A stretch of DNA of 64,000 nt from Clostridiales bacterium. Its GTDB lineage: Bacteria; Bacillota; Clostridia; TANB77; SIG350. Position 1 is the first letter of the stretch. The number at the start of each line of letters is the position of its first letter. Where the stretch lies: the NCBI GenBank assembly GCA_015056545.1, contig SVGE01000001.1, positions 93,906-157,905 on the forward strand, written 5' to 3'. Under the pieces are notes generated by a model. It worked only from the letters and a program-made list of their open reading frames with translations, did not search any database and had not been told where the DNA came from. A program made the position numbers and the translations under genes. Shown piece after piece: positions 48,901 to 60,817 of this stretch.

Positions 48901-49593
48901 TTATTCTTGTCTTGGGTCAATTTTCTTAACTGCATCATCAAATCTACCATATTGACCACTTGCTTTTTCTATTGCTTCCATAGGTTCTATTCCTTTTTTG
49001 ATATTTTCCATCATTTTACCTAAGTTTACATATTTATATCCAATGATTTCATTATCTTCATCTAAACCAATTTCAGTAATATATCCTTCAGCAAGTTCTA
49101 AGTATCTTGGTCCTTTTACTTTTGTTGAATATATTGTACCTACTTGGCTTCTATGTCCTTTTCCTAAATCTTCTAATCCTGCTCCTACTGGCAGACCACC
49201 TTCTGAAAAAGCTGATTGTGTTCTACCATATACTATTTGTAAGAATAATTCTCTCATAGCAGTATTTATAGCATCACAAACTAAGTCTGTATTTAATGCT
49301 TCTAATATTGTTTTACCAACTAAAATTTCACCTGCCATAGCTGCTGAATGTGTCATACCTGAACATCCAATTGTTTCAACTAATGCTTCTTCTATTATAC
49401 CGTCTTTAACATTTAATGTAAGTTTACATGCTCCTTGTTGTGGTGCACACCAACCTATACCATGAGTTAACCCTGATATATCTTTAATTTCTTTTGATTT
49501 CACCCATTTTCCTTCTTCTGGGATTGGTGCTGGTCCATGGTTTACACCTTTTGCAACTGGACACATTTCTTCTACTTCTTTTGAATAAATCAT
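48901..49593 (-). CDS. NifU/IscU-like N-terminal-domain protein (GGGtGRT-associated)
   Basis: Likely start MIYSKEVEEMCP..., preceded by the SD aaggagc. Cys residues lie at CPVAKG, GWCAPQQGAC and IGCSGMT. Confidence 0.5.
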   Translation of the reverse strand: MIYSKEVEEMCPVAKGVNHGPAPIPEEGKWVKSKEIKDISGLTHGIGWCAPQQGACKLTLNVKDGIIEEALVETIGCSGMTHSAAMAGEILVGKTILEALNTDLVCDAINTAMRELFLQIVYGRTQSAFSEGGLPVGAGLEDLGKGHRSQVGTIYSTKVKGPRYLELAEGYITEIGLDEDNEIIGYKYVNLGKMMENIKKGIEPMEAIEKASGQYGRFDDAVKKIDPRQE

Positions 49594-49655
49594 ATTAATT
49601 GCTCCTTCCATTATTTTATTTATATGCAAAATATAGCTTAGCTATATCTTATCAC

Positions 49656-51188
49656 CTATATTTCTTCAATTAAATTACTACCTGTCATTTCTTGTGGTTT
49701 ATCTAAACCTAAAATATATAACATTGTAGGTGCTAAATCGCACAATCTACCTGAATTTAATTTAACATTATCTATACCAACCAATATAAGTGGTACTTTA
49801 TTTGTTGTATGCGCTGTATGCATTTCACCTGTTGAATAATCTATCATTTGTTCTGCATTTCCATGGTCAGCTGTTATTAATAATGCACCATTTATTTTGT
49901 TTATCTCTTCAACAATCTCCCCAACACATTTATCTACTGTTTCTACTGCTTTAACTGCTGCATCTAAACTTCCAGTATGTCCTACCATATCACAGTTAGC
50001 AAAATTTAAAATTATACTATCATATTTTTGTTCTTTTATAGCTTCAATAACTTTATCTTTTACTTCATATGCGCTCATTTCAGGTTTTAAATCATATGTT
50101 GCTACTTTTGGTGAATTAACTAATATTCTATCTTCATTTTCATAAGTTTTTTCTTCACCACCATTAAAGAAAAATGTAACATGTGCATATTTTTCTGTTT
50201 CAGCAATTCTTAATTGTTTTAAACCGTTATTACTAATATATTCTCCATAAGTATTTACTAATGTTTGTGGTTTAAAAGCTACTTTAACATTTGGCATTGT
50301 TTCATCATATTGTGTAAAACATGTATAATTAACATTAAAATATTCTCTCTCAAATCCATTAAAGTTTTTATCAACAAAACATCTAGTTATTTCTCTTGCT
50401 CTATCTGGTCTAAAATTAAAGAATATTATTGAATCGTTTTCTTTAATTCGAGGTAATTCAGTCTCATTTTCGCATATAATTGTTGGTTTAACAAATTCAT
50501 CAAATACTTCAATTTGATATGAATTTTCAATAGCAGAAGTAACTGAATTAGCCTTATCTCCTTCACCTTTAACCAAAGCATTATATGCTAACTCAACTCT
50601 TTCCCATCTATTATCTCTATCCATTGCATAATATCTTCCCATAATACTAGCTATTTTACCAACACCAATTTCATCCATTTTTTCCTGTAATTCTAATAAA
50701 TATTTTTCACCAGAAGCTGGTGGTGTATCTCTTCCATCTAAAAAAGCATGAACAAAAACATTTGAAAAATCATTTTTCTTACACATCTCAAGTATTGCAT
50801 ATAAATGTGTATTATGACTATGAACCCCACCATCAGATAAAAGTCCATAAATATGCATATTAGTATTATATTTTTTACAATTATTTATTCCATCTAATAA
50901 TTCTTTATTTTCAAAAAAATCTCCATCGGAAATAGATTTTGTTATTCTAGTTAATTCTTGATAAACTACTCTACCAGCTCCTATATTTGTGTGTCCTACT
51001 TCAGAATTGCCCATTTGGCCTTCTGGAAGCCCAACATCTATACCACTTGTTGAAATTAATGTATTAGGATATGTTTTAAAAAGCATATCTAAGTTTGGAG
51101 TATTAGCTATTTTTACAGCATTTGCCTTTTCATTTTCATTTACACCATAACCATCTAATATCATTAACATTGTTAATTTTTTATTCAT
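49656..51188 (-). CDS. gpmI: 2,3-bisphosphoglycerate-independent phosphoglycerate mutase
   Basis: 510 aa with MLMILDGYG...NSEVGHTNIGAGR. Confidence 0.95.
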   Translation of the reverse strand: MNKKLTMLMILDGYGVNENEKANAVKIANTPNLDMLFKTYPNTLISTSGIDVGLPEGQMGNSEVGHTNIGAGRVVYQELTRITKSISDGDFFENKELLDGINNCKKYNTNMHIYGLLSDGGVHSHNTHLYAILEMCKKNDFSNVFVHAFLDGRDTPPASGEKYLLELQEKMDEIGVGKIASIMGRYYAMDRDNRWERVELAYNALVKGEGDKANSVTSAIENSYQIEVFDEFVKPTIICENETELPRIKENDSIIFFNFRPDRAREITRCFVDKNFNGFEREYFNVNYTCFTQYDETMPNVKVAFKPQTLVNTYGEYISNNGLKQLRIAETEKYAHVTFFFNGGEEKTYENEDRILVNSPKVATYDLKPEMSAYEVKDKVIEAIKEQKYDSIILNFANCDMVGHTGSLDAAVKAVETVDKCVGEIVEEINKINGALLITADHGNAEQMIDYSTGEMHTAHTTNKVPLILVGIDNVKLNSGRLCDLAPTMLYILGLDKPQEMTGSNLIEEI

Positions 51189-51327
51189 ATTATCTTTCCT
51201 TTCATAGTTTATTATTATTCTCTGCTTGATTATTATATACCTAATTTATTTTTATGTCTAGATTTTTGTACAAAAAAGTCTTGCATATTTTTCTATACAA
51301 GACTTTAAATAAATTTTTAATAAAGAT

Positions 51328-52080
51328 TTATTTATCATAGTTTACTATTTTACTAAATTCTTGAGGTTCTAAGCTTGCTCCACCTACTAAGCCACCATCA
51401 ATATCTGACATTTCGAATAATTCTTTTGCATTTGAAGATTTAACACTACCACCATATTGAATTATTACTTTCTCTGCTGTTTCATTTCCATATATATTTG
51501 CTATTTCTTCTCTTATTGTCTTAATAGCATCATTAGCATCTTCATTTGAAGCAGTTTTTCCTGTTCCAATTGCCCAAATTGGTTCATATGCTATTACAGT
51601 TTTTTCCACTAATTCATTAGTTAATCCATCTAATGCTAATCTTGTTTGTGTAGTAATAACATTTTTTGTTACTCCATCTTCTCTTTGTTTTAAGCTTTCA
51701 CCAACACATACAATTGGTTTTAATCCATTTTCAAATGCCACTTTTAATTTTAAATTAACAGTTTCGTCTGTTTCATTATAATACTGTCTTCTTTCAGAGT
51801 GTCCTAATATTACATATTCTGTACCTATTTCAGTAAGCATATTAGCTGATATTTCACCTGTATATGCTCCATTAGCTTTAAAATGCATATTTTGTGCTCC
51901 AACTTTAATATTAGTATCTTTTGTCATCTCAATTGCTGTTGCTAAGTCTATAAATGGTACACAAATTATAACTTCATTTTCTGTATTGGCTACTAATGCT
52001 TTTAATTCTTCAATAAATTTTTTTGTTTCATTTGGTGTTTTATTCATTTTCCAGTTTCCTGCTATAACTTTTCTTCTCAT
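51328..52080 (-). CDS. tpiA: Triose-phosphate isomerase
   Basis: Start MRRKVIAGNWKMN, preceded by the SD ggaggg; contains ILGHSERR. Confidence 0.95.
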   Translation of the reverse strand: MRRKVIAGNWKMNKTPNETKKFIEELKALVANTENEVIICVPFIDLATAIEMTKDTNIKVGAQNMHFKANGAYTGEISANMLTEIGTEYVILGHSERRQYYNETDETVNLKLKVAFENGLKPIVCVGESLKQREDGVTKNVITTQTRLALDGLTNELVEKTVIAYEPIWAIGTGKTASNEDANDAIKTIREEIANIYGNETAEKVIIQYGGSVKSSNAKELFEMSDIDGGLVGGASLEPQEFSKIVNYDK

Positions 52081-52100
52081 AATTGTTCCCTCCAATTAAT

Positions 52101-52652
52101 CTATTTTTCTTTTATTTCATTTATTCTCTTTTCTAATTGTTTATATACAACTTCCATATATTGTTGATTTGAAAAAGTAACATTAGGATCTTTTTCATCT
52201 ATTAATCTACCAAGCTCTTCAATTGATATATATTTTAGTTTTGATATTTCTTCTGGATTTATTGGATAATCTTCAATTTTTCTATCTGTTTTTATAAAAT
52301 ATATATATCTAAAATTATTATTTCTTTCATTTTCTAGTTGGTTACTTTCTATACCTATTTCTATTAATTCTAAATCATATATAGTACATTTCATTACTAA
52401 TTCATTATGAAGTTTCCTCATAGCAGCTGATATTACATCCTCATCTGCTTCTACTACACCTGAACAAACTGTCCACATATTAGGCTTTCTTCTTTTTGTA
52501 TTAGAACGTTTTTGAAGTAATACTTCACCTTGGTTATTTACTACGAAAACAGATACTTCTCTATGCCATAATCCATTTTTAAAAACTTCTGTTAAATCTA
52601 CTTTTTCACCTATTAAGTTATTTTTATCATCAACAATATCAATATATTTCAT
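52101..52652 (-). CDS. NUDIX-like hydrolase
   Basis: 183 aa, ...WHREVSVFVVN...SGVVEADEDVISAAMRKLHNEL is a degenerate Nudix box. Confidence 0.45.
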   Translation of the reverse strand: MKYIDIVDDKNNLIGEKVDLTEVFKNGLWHREVSVFVVNNQGEVLLQKRSNTKRRKPNMWTVCSGVVEADEDVISAAMRKLHNELVMKCTIYDLELIEIGIESNQLENERNNNFRYIYFIKTDRKIEDYPINPEEISKLKYISIEELGRLIDEKDPNVTFSNQQYMEVVYKQLEKRINEIKEK

Positions 52653-52719
52653 AAATTACCTCCATAAACATTTATATATGTTTATTATTGGCAATATTAT
52701 AAATATTATTCCAGTATTA

Positions 52720-53904
52720 CTATTTATTATTTAAACATTCAATTCCTGGTAATAATTTTCCCTCTATATATTCAAGTGATGCACCACCACCAGTAGAAAT
52801 ATGTGTCATTTTATCTGCTAAACCAAATTTTTCAATAGCAGCTGCACTATCTCCACCACCAATTATTGTAATTGCATCAATTTCTGCTAAACAATTAGCT
52901 ATTGCAATAGTTCCATTTGCAAATTTTTCAAATTCAGATACACCAACAGGTCCATTCCACATAACTGTTTTAGCTGCTTTTAATTCTTCTATAAATAATT
53001 TAGAACTTTCTGGACCAATATCTAATCCTTCCCAGTTATCTGGTATTTCAGTTGATTTTACTGTACATACATCAGCTTCATTTGAAAATTCAGTTCCACA
53101 TACTGTATCAACTGGGAATAATAGTTTTATTCCTTTTTGTTTAGCTTTTTCCATTAAAGATAAAGCTAATTCTAATTTATCTTCTTCACAAATTGAATTA
53201 CCAACACTATATCCTTGTGCTTTTAAGAAAGTATATGTCATTCCTCCTGCAATAATTATTGTATCTGCTTTATCTATTAGATTTTCTATAACTCCTATTT
53301 TATCTGATACTTTTTTACCACCTAGTATAGCTACAAAAGGTCTTTGTGGGTTATTTAATGCATTACCTATTATTTCTATTTCTTTACCTATTAAATATCC
53401 TGCTACTGCTGGAAGATAATCTGCAACACCTGCTGTAGAAGCATGTGCTCTATGTGCAGTTCCAAATGCATCATTAACATATATTTCAGCTAAAGAAGCT
53501 AATTTTTTAGAAAATTCAGCATCATTTTTTTCTTCTTCTGCATGGAATCTTACATTTTCAAGTAAAATAGCTTTTCCCTCTTCTACTTCACCTGCTAATT
53601 TTTGCGCATCTTCTCCTACTACATCCTTTGCTAATTTAACTTCAAACCCAAGTAATTCAGATAACCTTTTAGCAACAGGTGCTAATGAATACTTCATATT
53701 AAATTCACCTTTTGGTCTACCTAAATGTGAACATAATATAACTTTAGCATTATTATCTAATAAATATTTAATAGTAGGAAGGGCAGCTTCAATTCTTCTA
53801 TCATCTGTAATATTACCATTTTCATCTTGTGGTACATTAAAATCACATCTTACTAAAACTTTTTTACCATTTACTTCAATATCTTCAATTGTTTTTTTAT
53901 TCAT
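52720..53904 (-). CDS. pgk: Phosphoglycerate kinase
   Basis: 394 aa, canonical. Confidence 0.95.
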   Translation of the reverse strand: MNKKTIEDIEVNGKKVLVRCDFNVPQDENGNITDDRRIEAALPTIKYLLDNNAKVILCSHLGRPKGEFNMKYSLAPVAKRLSELLGFEVKLAKDVVGEDAQKLAGEVEEGKAILLENVRFHAEEEKNDAEFSKKLASLAEIYVNDAFGTAHRAHASTAGVADYLPAVAGYLIGKEIEIIGNALNNPQRPFVAILGGKKVSDKIGVIENLIDKADTIIIAGGMTYTFLKAQGYSVGNSICEEDKLELALSLMEKAKQKGIKLLFPVDTVCGTEFSNEADVCTVKSTEIPDNWEGLDIGPESSKLFIEELKAAKTVMWNGPVGVSEFEKFANGTIAIANCLAEIDAITIIGGGDSAAAIEKFGLADKMTHISTGGGASLEYIEGKLLPGIECLNNK

Positions 53905-53980
53905 AATTTACCTCCTAAAATTTATGTACTTTTTAATTGTATATTTTATACATGTAACAAATCTGACTAGAATAATTTAA

Positions 53981-54826
53981 TTATACTTTTTCTTTTACTA
54001 CATCATATCCATTTTCATTTTTGATTATTTTTAATTTTGCTATACCATTAGTTTTTTCATTAACTAAATAAATTTCACCATTTTGACACTGTATATTATT
54101 TGAATAATATATAGTTACATCCTTACCATAAAAATCTATTAGTTTATATCCTTTTTCATCTTTTAATAATAAAAATTTATCATTAAATACATTAATACTA
54201 ACATTATCATATATAGTTTCGTTATTTTCATTTTTTAAAGCAGACAAATTAATTTCAGTTTCTACACCATCTTGGTCTGTTATTTTATTTCTATATGAAA
54301 TAAGTTTATAACCATTATTAAATAAATATTCGATAGTATTTTTATTTATATCTATAATTCCTTTTGCTATTAGTTCTTTGTTGTCTATTGATATTAATTT
54401 AAATTGATTATCATTCCATGTTTGAGCATATCCTTCGTCTATATAAACTAATATATCATTATTTGATTTTGCAATTTCTTCAAGATTATTATTTAATAAT
54501 ATATTATTTTCAGTGTCACTTAAAATAATTAAATATGTATTTCTATATTCCATAAAACTAGCATTATCATATATACATTTAAATATTTCATTTTTGTCAT
54601 AATCTATTATTCCATATTTATCTTCTTTTTTTACTAATATATATCCATGGTTATCAAACTCAGCATAGCTTGTGTAATTTTGTTTTAAATATTGCTTCAT
54701 TTTATATGAATTGCTATTTACATATATAATAAAGAAAATAGATAACAATATAATTATTGTAATTATTACTGATATTAAGAAACTCTTTTTTTTCCAAATA
54801 TTAATATTATTCATATTACCTCTCAT
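53981..54826 (-). CDS. Hypothetical membrane-anchored protein with WG/KWG-like repeats
   Basis: N-terminal TM helix, then repeated ...YG(I/Y)ID.....I... units. Confidence 0.35.
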   Translation of the reverse strand: MRGNMNNINIWKKKSFLISVIITIIILLSIFFIIYVNSNSYKMKQYLKQNYTSYAEFDNHGYILVKKEDKYGIIDYDKNEIFKCIYDNASFMEYRNTYLIILSDTENNILLNNNLEEIAKSNNDILVYIDEGYAQTWNDNQFKLISIDNKELIAKGIIDINKNTIEYLFNNGYKLISYRNKITDQDGVETEINLSALKNENNETIYDNVSINVFNDKFLLLKDEKGYKLIDFYGKDVTIYYSNNIQCQNGEIYLVNEKTNGIAKLKIIKNENGYDVVKEKV

Positions 54827-54878
54827 TTATTAAAAGGCGAATTTTTAAATAAATTCGCCTTCTTAATTAATTAACTAA

Positions 54879-55910
<1,032 letters not shown>

Positions 55911-56009
55911 TTATGGATTAACTCCATATTTTTATACCAATGCTATTTTATATTATATAAAATATTTTTTCAATATATTTTTACCAAAATATTATATTTT
56001 TAATCTATT

Positions 56010-56669
56010 TTATTTTACATTCCATACAACATATATGTTTTCTTGGAATTCTATATCATCTATATTAAATGTTTCTGCTAAGCTAAAGCTTGATTCAATT
56101 GACAAACCTTTTTCTTTTGCCATAATACCTGTTCTTGAATATGTATTATATGTATATGGAACTTCATAACTTATCTCTTCATATCCATTAAGCTCTACTC
56201 CTGAAACTTCTGCAAGAAGCATTGCTTTTTCATAAGCATTATTATATGCTTTTTTCATAGCTTCTTTTTTAGCTGATTCTTTATCTAATACACTAAAATT
56301 ATATGTTGTTTTTATACCTAAATTTTCACAATTATATATTAGTTTTTCCATTTGTTTTAAATCAAGAGCTATTTCTAAGCTAGCTGTTCTTACAACTTCA
56401 TATCCTGCAAATACTCTTTCTGTTTTCTTTTCAACTATACCTATTTCTTTTGTTACATAATATGGTCTAACTGAATAATTAATTGTTTTAAATTTTTCTT
56501 TATCTATATTATTTTCATCTAATATATCATAAAGTTTATTTACATTCTTAACTTCATTATCTACAGCTATATCATATTTTTTATCTCTTACATTAAAATT
56601 CAAATTAAATTCTATAATATCTGGTTTTACTTTTACACTTCCTAAACCTTTTACTTTAATTACACCCAT
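56010..56669 (-). CDS. SIMPL/DUF541-domain protein
   Basis: 219 aa with GVIKVKGLGSVKVKPDIIEFNLNF... and a C-terminal helical region typical of SIMPL. Confidence 0.5.
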   Translation of the reverse strand: MGVIKVKGLGSVKVKPDIIEFNLNFNVRDKKYDIAVDNEVKNVNKLYDILDENNIDKEKFKTINYSVRPYYVTKEIGIVEKKTERVFAGYEVVRTASLEIALDLKQMEKLIYNCENLGIKTTYNFSVLDKESAKKEAMKKAYNNAYEKAMLLAEVSGVELNGYEEISYEVPYTYNTYSRTGIMAKEKGLSIESSFSLAETFNIDDIEFQENIYVVWNVK

Positions 56670-56681
56670 AACTATTCTCCT

Positions 56682-57611
56682 TTATATTTTATCATTACAA
56701 CATAAAACATCTCTTATTTTATGTCTAACCATTTCTTCTATTGCATCTCTTGCTGGTGATAAATATTCTCTTGGATCAAACTTACTTGGATTTTCTATAA
56801 AGAATTTTCTAATACTTGCGGTCATTGCTAATCTTAAGTCTGTATCTATATTAATTTTAGCTACTCCTAACTGACCTGCTTTTTTTAGCATATCTTCTGG
56901 AACCCCTTGTGCTCCTGGTATTTGTCCACCATATTTATTACATGCATCTACAAATTCTGGTATAACTGTTGAAGCACCATGAAGTACTATTGGAAAATGA
57001 TTTGTTCTTCTAACAATTTCTTCTAATATATCAAATCTTAACTTAGGTGTACCTTTAAATTTATATGCTCCATGGCTTGTTCCTATAGCTATAGCTAAAG
57101 AGTCACAACCTGTTCTTTGTATAAATTCAACAGCTTGATCTGGATCTGTAAATTTAGCATCATCTGCTGATACATTTACATCATCTTCAATTCCTGCTAA
57201 TTTACCTATTTCAGCTTCAACAACTACTCCTCTTTCATGTGCATAATCTACAACTCTTTTTGTTAATTCAATATTTTGTTCGAAATCATATTTTGAACCA
57301 TCTATCATTACTGATGAAAATCCTCCATCTATACAAGATTTACAAATATCAAAATCTGCTCCATGATCTAAATGAACAACTATTGGCAAATCTGTATCTT
57401 CAACTGCTGCTTCTATAAGTTTCATTAAATATACATGTTTTGCATATTTTCTAGCCCCTGCTGATACTTGAAGTATTAATGGTGCGTTTTCAGCTTTAGC
57501 AGCTTGTGTAATACCTTGGATTATTTCCATGTTATTTACATTAAATGCACCAATTGCATATCCCCCTTCTTGTGCTTTTTTAAACATTTCTGTTGATGTT
57601 ACTATTGGCAT
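56682..57611 (-). CDS. fba: Class II fructose-bisphosphate aldolase
   Basis: Start MPIVTSTEMFKKA, preceded by the SD aaaggtgg; contains HLDHG. Confidence 0.9.
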   Translation of the reverse strand: MPIVTSTEMFKKAQEGGYAIGAFNVNNMEIIQGITQAAKAENAPLILQVSAGARKYAKHVYLMKLIEAAVEDTDLPIVVHLDHGADFDICKSCIDGGFSSVMIDGSKYDFEQNIELTKRVVDYAHERGVVVEAEIGKLAGIEDDVNVSADDAKFTDPDQAVEFIQRTGCDSLAIAIGTSHGAYKFKGTPKLRFDILEEIVRRTNHFPIVLHGASTVIPEFVDACNKYGGQIPGAQGVPEDMLKKAGQLGVAKINIDTDLRLAMTASIRKFFIENPSKFDPREYLSPARDAIEEMVRHKIRDVLCCNDKI

Positions 57612-57927
57612 AATTAATTCCACCTTTCATCTTAATATATATAGCTTTAACACTATATTAAAAATCTATAACTATATTATTCTAAAATAAAATGAAAATC
57701 AAGTAAATTAATAAAAATTTTTTGATTTTCATTTTTATACTAAAAATATATATTCATTTTTCTTTGTCGAATTTCGCGATGAAAAGTATGTTTTTTTGAC
57801 AATTTTATATTTGCAAATTAAATTCAATATTATATAATCTTTCCAAGATAAAAGGAATTAAGCGGAGTGTGGTTAGTCATCTTTGTTCATATTGGATATA
57901 CCTCCTATATGAAAGAAGATGATGCTT

Positions 57928-58014
57928 ATGAGTACATATGAATCTCTATCTTTAATGATAGCATTTTCGATACTTATAATTGCTATTTTGGAATTTAAAA
58001 ATCCAAAAAAATAA
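57928..58014 (+). CDS. 28-aa hydrophobic KK-terminated peptide (candidate type I toxin), module B
   Basis: ORF MSTYESLSLMIAFSILIIAILEFKNPKK. A degenerate SD aaagaaga sits at the same 8-nt spacing as in module A. The module is flanked by inverted repeats gtggttagtca (57870-57880) and tgactaaccgc (58068-58078). Confidence 0.4.
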   Translation: MSTYESLSLMIAFSILIIAILEFKNPKK

Positions 58015-58107
58015 TTGCCTCTGTATATTTAGGTCATAACAAGGCAATTATTTAAAACACTCAAAATTTGACTAACCGCTTTTGCGGTATTCCTTTTATC
58101 TATTTAT

Positions 58108-58136
58108 ATTTTAATATGTTTTCTTATTTATGTCAA
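58108..58136 (-). promoter_or_regulatory. Convergent promoter TTGACA-17-TAAAAT (candidate antisense RNA), module B
   Basis: Minus-strand TTGACA (58136-58131), a 17-nt spacer and TAAAAT (58113-58108). The adjacent conserved block aaccgcttttgcgg.at.cctttatctattt matches module A. Confidence 0.45.
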
Positions 58137-58174
58137 TATTTTTTTGTCATTTAAGATAATAATAAATATTTTCT

Positions 58175-59467
58175 CTATAATATTAGCTCCTTCATCTTAT
58201 TTATATACTCAAGTGATTTTTCAGCATATACTTCATATTTTTTTACTTTATCTTTTATACGTATGTCTAATGGTCTAATTATACCAAAATTAGCATTCAT
58301 AGGTTGAAAATCTTTATTAGGTGTAGATATATATTTGGTTAATGCACCTAATATTGTTATATCTTCTAAAATAAATTTATCTTTTCCTAAAATATCATGT
58401 GCCATATTAATACCAGCAATTAATCCTGATGCAATTGATTCTACATACCCTTCAACACCTGTTATTTGTCCTGCAAAATATATATCTTTATTATTTATTA
58501 AGTTAAATGTGTTGTCTAAAATCTCAGGTGAGTTTATATATGTATTTCTATGCATAACACCATATCTTACAAATTCAGCATTTTCAAGTCCAGGTATTAA
58601 ACTAAATACTCTTTTTTGTTCTCCAAACTTAAGATTTGTTTGGAATCCTACTAAATTAAATAATGTTCCTTCTTCATTATCTTGCCTTAATTGAACTACT
58701 GCACATGGTCTATTCTCTCTATCAAAACCAACTGGTTTAAGCATACCAAATAATAATGTTTTCTCACCTCTTCTAGCCATTTCTTCTATTGGCATACATC
58801 CTTCAAATAAATTACCTTTTTCAAAATCTTTTTTCTCAACTATTTCTGCATTAATAAGCTCTGTATAAAATCTAGCATATTCTTCATCTGTCATAGGACA
58901 ATTTATATAATCACTATCCCCTTTTCCATATCTATCTGCTCTAAATACTTTTTCTTTATCTATACTATCATATGTAACAATAGGGGCAGCTGCATCATAA
59001 AATGATAAATATTCTTTACCAATAATTTTACTAATTACATTTGAAAAACTTTCTGAAGTAAGCGGTCCTGTCGCTATTATTGTTTTACCTTCTGGCAGAC
59101 TAGTTACTTCTTCTCTAATTATTTTAATATTTTCAAATTCACTTATTTTTTGTGTTACTAGATTTGCAAAATTATCTCTATCTACTGCTAATGCTTGCCC
59201 TGCAGGTACTTTTGTTTTATCTGCACATTTAATAAGTAAACTATCTAACTGTCTTAATTCTTCTTTAAGCAGACCACAAGCATTTGTTAATTTATCTGAT
59301 TTAAATGAATTACTACAAACTATTTCAGCTAAATTATTATTACTATGTGCTGGTGAATATTTATTTGGTTTCATTTCATATAATCTTACTTTTATTCCTC
59401 TTTTAGCTAATTGGTATGCAGCTTCACACCCTGCTAGTCCTCCACCAATTATATTTACATATTCCAT
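58175..59467 (-). CDS. trmFO: Methylenetetrahydrofolate--tRNA-(U54-C5)-methyltransferase TrmFO
   Basis: [22 protein letters not shown] motif; 430 aa of the Gid/TrmFO type. Confidence 0.9.
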   Translation of the reverse strand: MEYVNIIGGGLAGCEAAYQLAKRGIKVRLYEMKPNKYSPAHSNNNLAEIVCSNSFKSDKLTNACGLLKEELRQLDSLLIKCADKTKVPAGQALAVDRDNFANLVTQKISEFENIKIIREEVTSLPEGKTIIATGPLTSESFSNVISKIIGKEYLSFYDAAAPIVTYDSIDKEKVFRADRYGKGDSDYINCPMTDEEYARFYTELINAEIVEKKDFEKGNLFEGCMPIEEMARRGEKTLLFGMLKPVGFDRENRPCAVVQLRQDNEEGTLFNLVGFQTNLKFGEQKRVFSLIPGLENAEFVRYGVMHRNTYINSPEILDNTFNLINNKDIYFAGQITGVEGYVESIASGLIAGINMAHDILGKDKFILEDITILGALTKYISTPNKDFQPMNANFGIIRPLDIRIKDKVKKYEVYAEKSLEYINKMKELIL

Positions 59468-59487
59468 TTATTATTCCCCCTATTTAT

Positions 59488-60798
59488 CTACTCATCCAAT
59501 TTATTTTTCCATTCATCTTTAATAAATAATGTATTTTTCATATTTTCATTTTTTATAATTTCTTTTTCTGCTTCTATATCAATACTTTCCTTTTGCTCTA
59601 TTTTTGTTTCTTTTTCTTCCCTTGAATCTTCCTTATTACCTTTTTTAATATACAACATTGCACAAATAAATGTAGTAAAGGGTATTGTAAATAATATTCC
59701 TATACTACCTACTAATCCTTGAAGTATTTCAACAACAATAACTTCTTTATTCATTAAATGTGAAAGTGAACCACTATATGTACAAGCAAGCAATACTGCA
59801 GAAAGTGAGCTACCTATATATGCAAGAATAAGAGTATTAGTCATTGTTCCCATCATATCTTTACCAATATTTATACCAGATTTCATTATCATTTTAAATG
59901 TAGGTTTTTGAGCTACTTCACAAATTTCATTTAATGATGATGAAATTGACATAGATACATCCATTACTGCTCCTATTGCCCCAACAGTTATAGCACCAAA
60001 TATTATTGCAACTAAATCAATAGTTACCCCTTCTATATAAAGCAAATACATTGTTTCTTCACTCATTAAACCAGTTATTTTTAATATATCTGACATAATA
60101 ACTGTAAGAATTCCAGCTAATGCTGTACCAGATATACATCCAATTGTTGCTGCAATACTTTTTTTATTAGCACCATACACTATAAGCATTGTCATTGCAG
60201 TAATATATATACAAGTAATTATTGCCCATAAATATATGTTTGCACCTGCTAATATTGACGGGATAAATACCAAAAATACTGCTAAACATGTAAATATTAA
60301 TGAAATTACTGTATTAATTCCTTTTACTCTACCAAATATTATTACAAAAGCTATAAAAACTATACCAAGTATAATTATTCCATCTAATCTAATAAATTCA
60401 TCTGCATACCAAACTAGCTCTTCTTCTATTTCTGGATTAACATATGTTTGAAGTAATAGTTTATCTCCAATATTAACTTCTTTCATAGCACCTTGAGTTG
60501 TATTATCTAAATTTTGAAGCACTTCTACTTCCTCACCTTTTAAATCTCCAGATAACATTTTAGCTTTAAACTTTATGTCTTTACCAAGATACATTGTTTC
60601 TCCATTTATCTCTTGACTTAATTCTTCTGCGTATATTATTTCTGTAACTACTGCTCTTTCTCTTCTTATATCTCCTGCACTTGCAAAAAATGTAACATCT
60701 TTAAAAATTACACATCTACCTATATATATGTATAATATTGATAAAACTAATGTTATACAATATATAATTATATTTTTTTTATTTAGTCTATTTTCCAA
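59488..60798 (-). CDS. YibE/F-family polytopic membrane protein
   Basis: N-terminal extracytoplasmic domain, then about 8 TM helices and a charged C-terminal tail. Confidence 0.45.
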   Translation of the reverse strand: MENRLNKKNIIIYCITLVLSILYIYIGRCVIFKDVTFFASAGDIRRERAVVTEIIYAEELSQEINGETMYLGKDIKFKAKMLSGDLKGEEVEVLQNLDNTTQGAMKEVNIGDKLLLQTYVNPEIEEELVWYADEFIRLDGIIILGIVFIAFVIIFGRVKGINTVISLIFTCLAVFLVFIPSILAGANIYLWAIITCIYITAMTMLIVYGANKKSIAATIGCISGTALAGILTVIMSDILKITGLMSEETMYLLYIEGVTIDLVAIIFGAITVGAIGAVMDVSMSISSSLNEICEVAQKPTFKMIMKSGINIGKDMMGTMTNTLILAYIGSSLSAVLLACTYSGSLSHLMNKEVIVVEILQGLVGSIGILFTIPFTTFICAMLYIKKGNKEDSREEKETKIEQKESIDIEAEKEIIKNENMKNTLFIKDEWKNKLDE

Positions 60799-60817
60799 TA
60801 TAATTCCTCTTTTCTTT

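Noticed and set aside
57901-57941. Mini-ORFs around the cctcct motif in module B (MKEDDAYEYI on +; MNKDD on - after aggagg)
   Set aside because: They are only 5-10 codons and not conserved with module A. The aggagg on the minus strand is more likely an anti-SD element of the plus-strand leader than a real ribosome-binding site.
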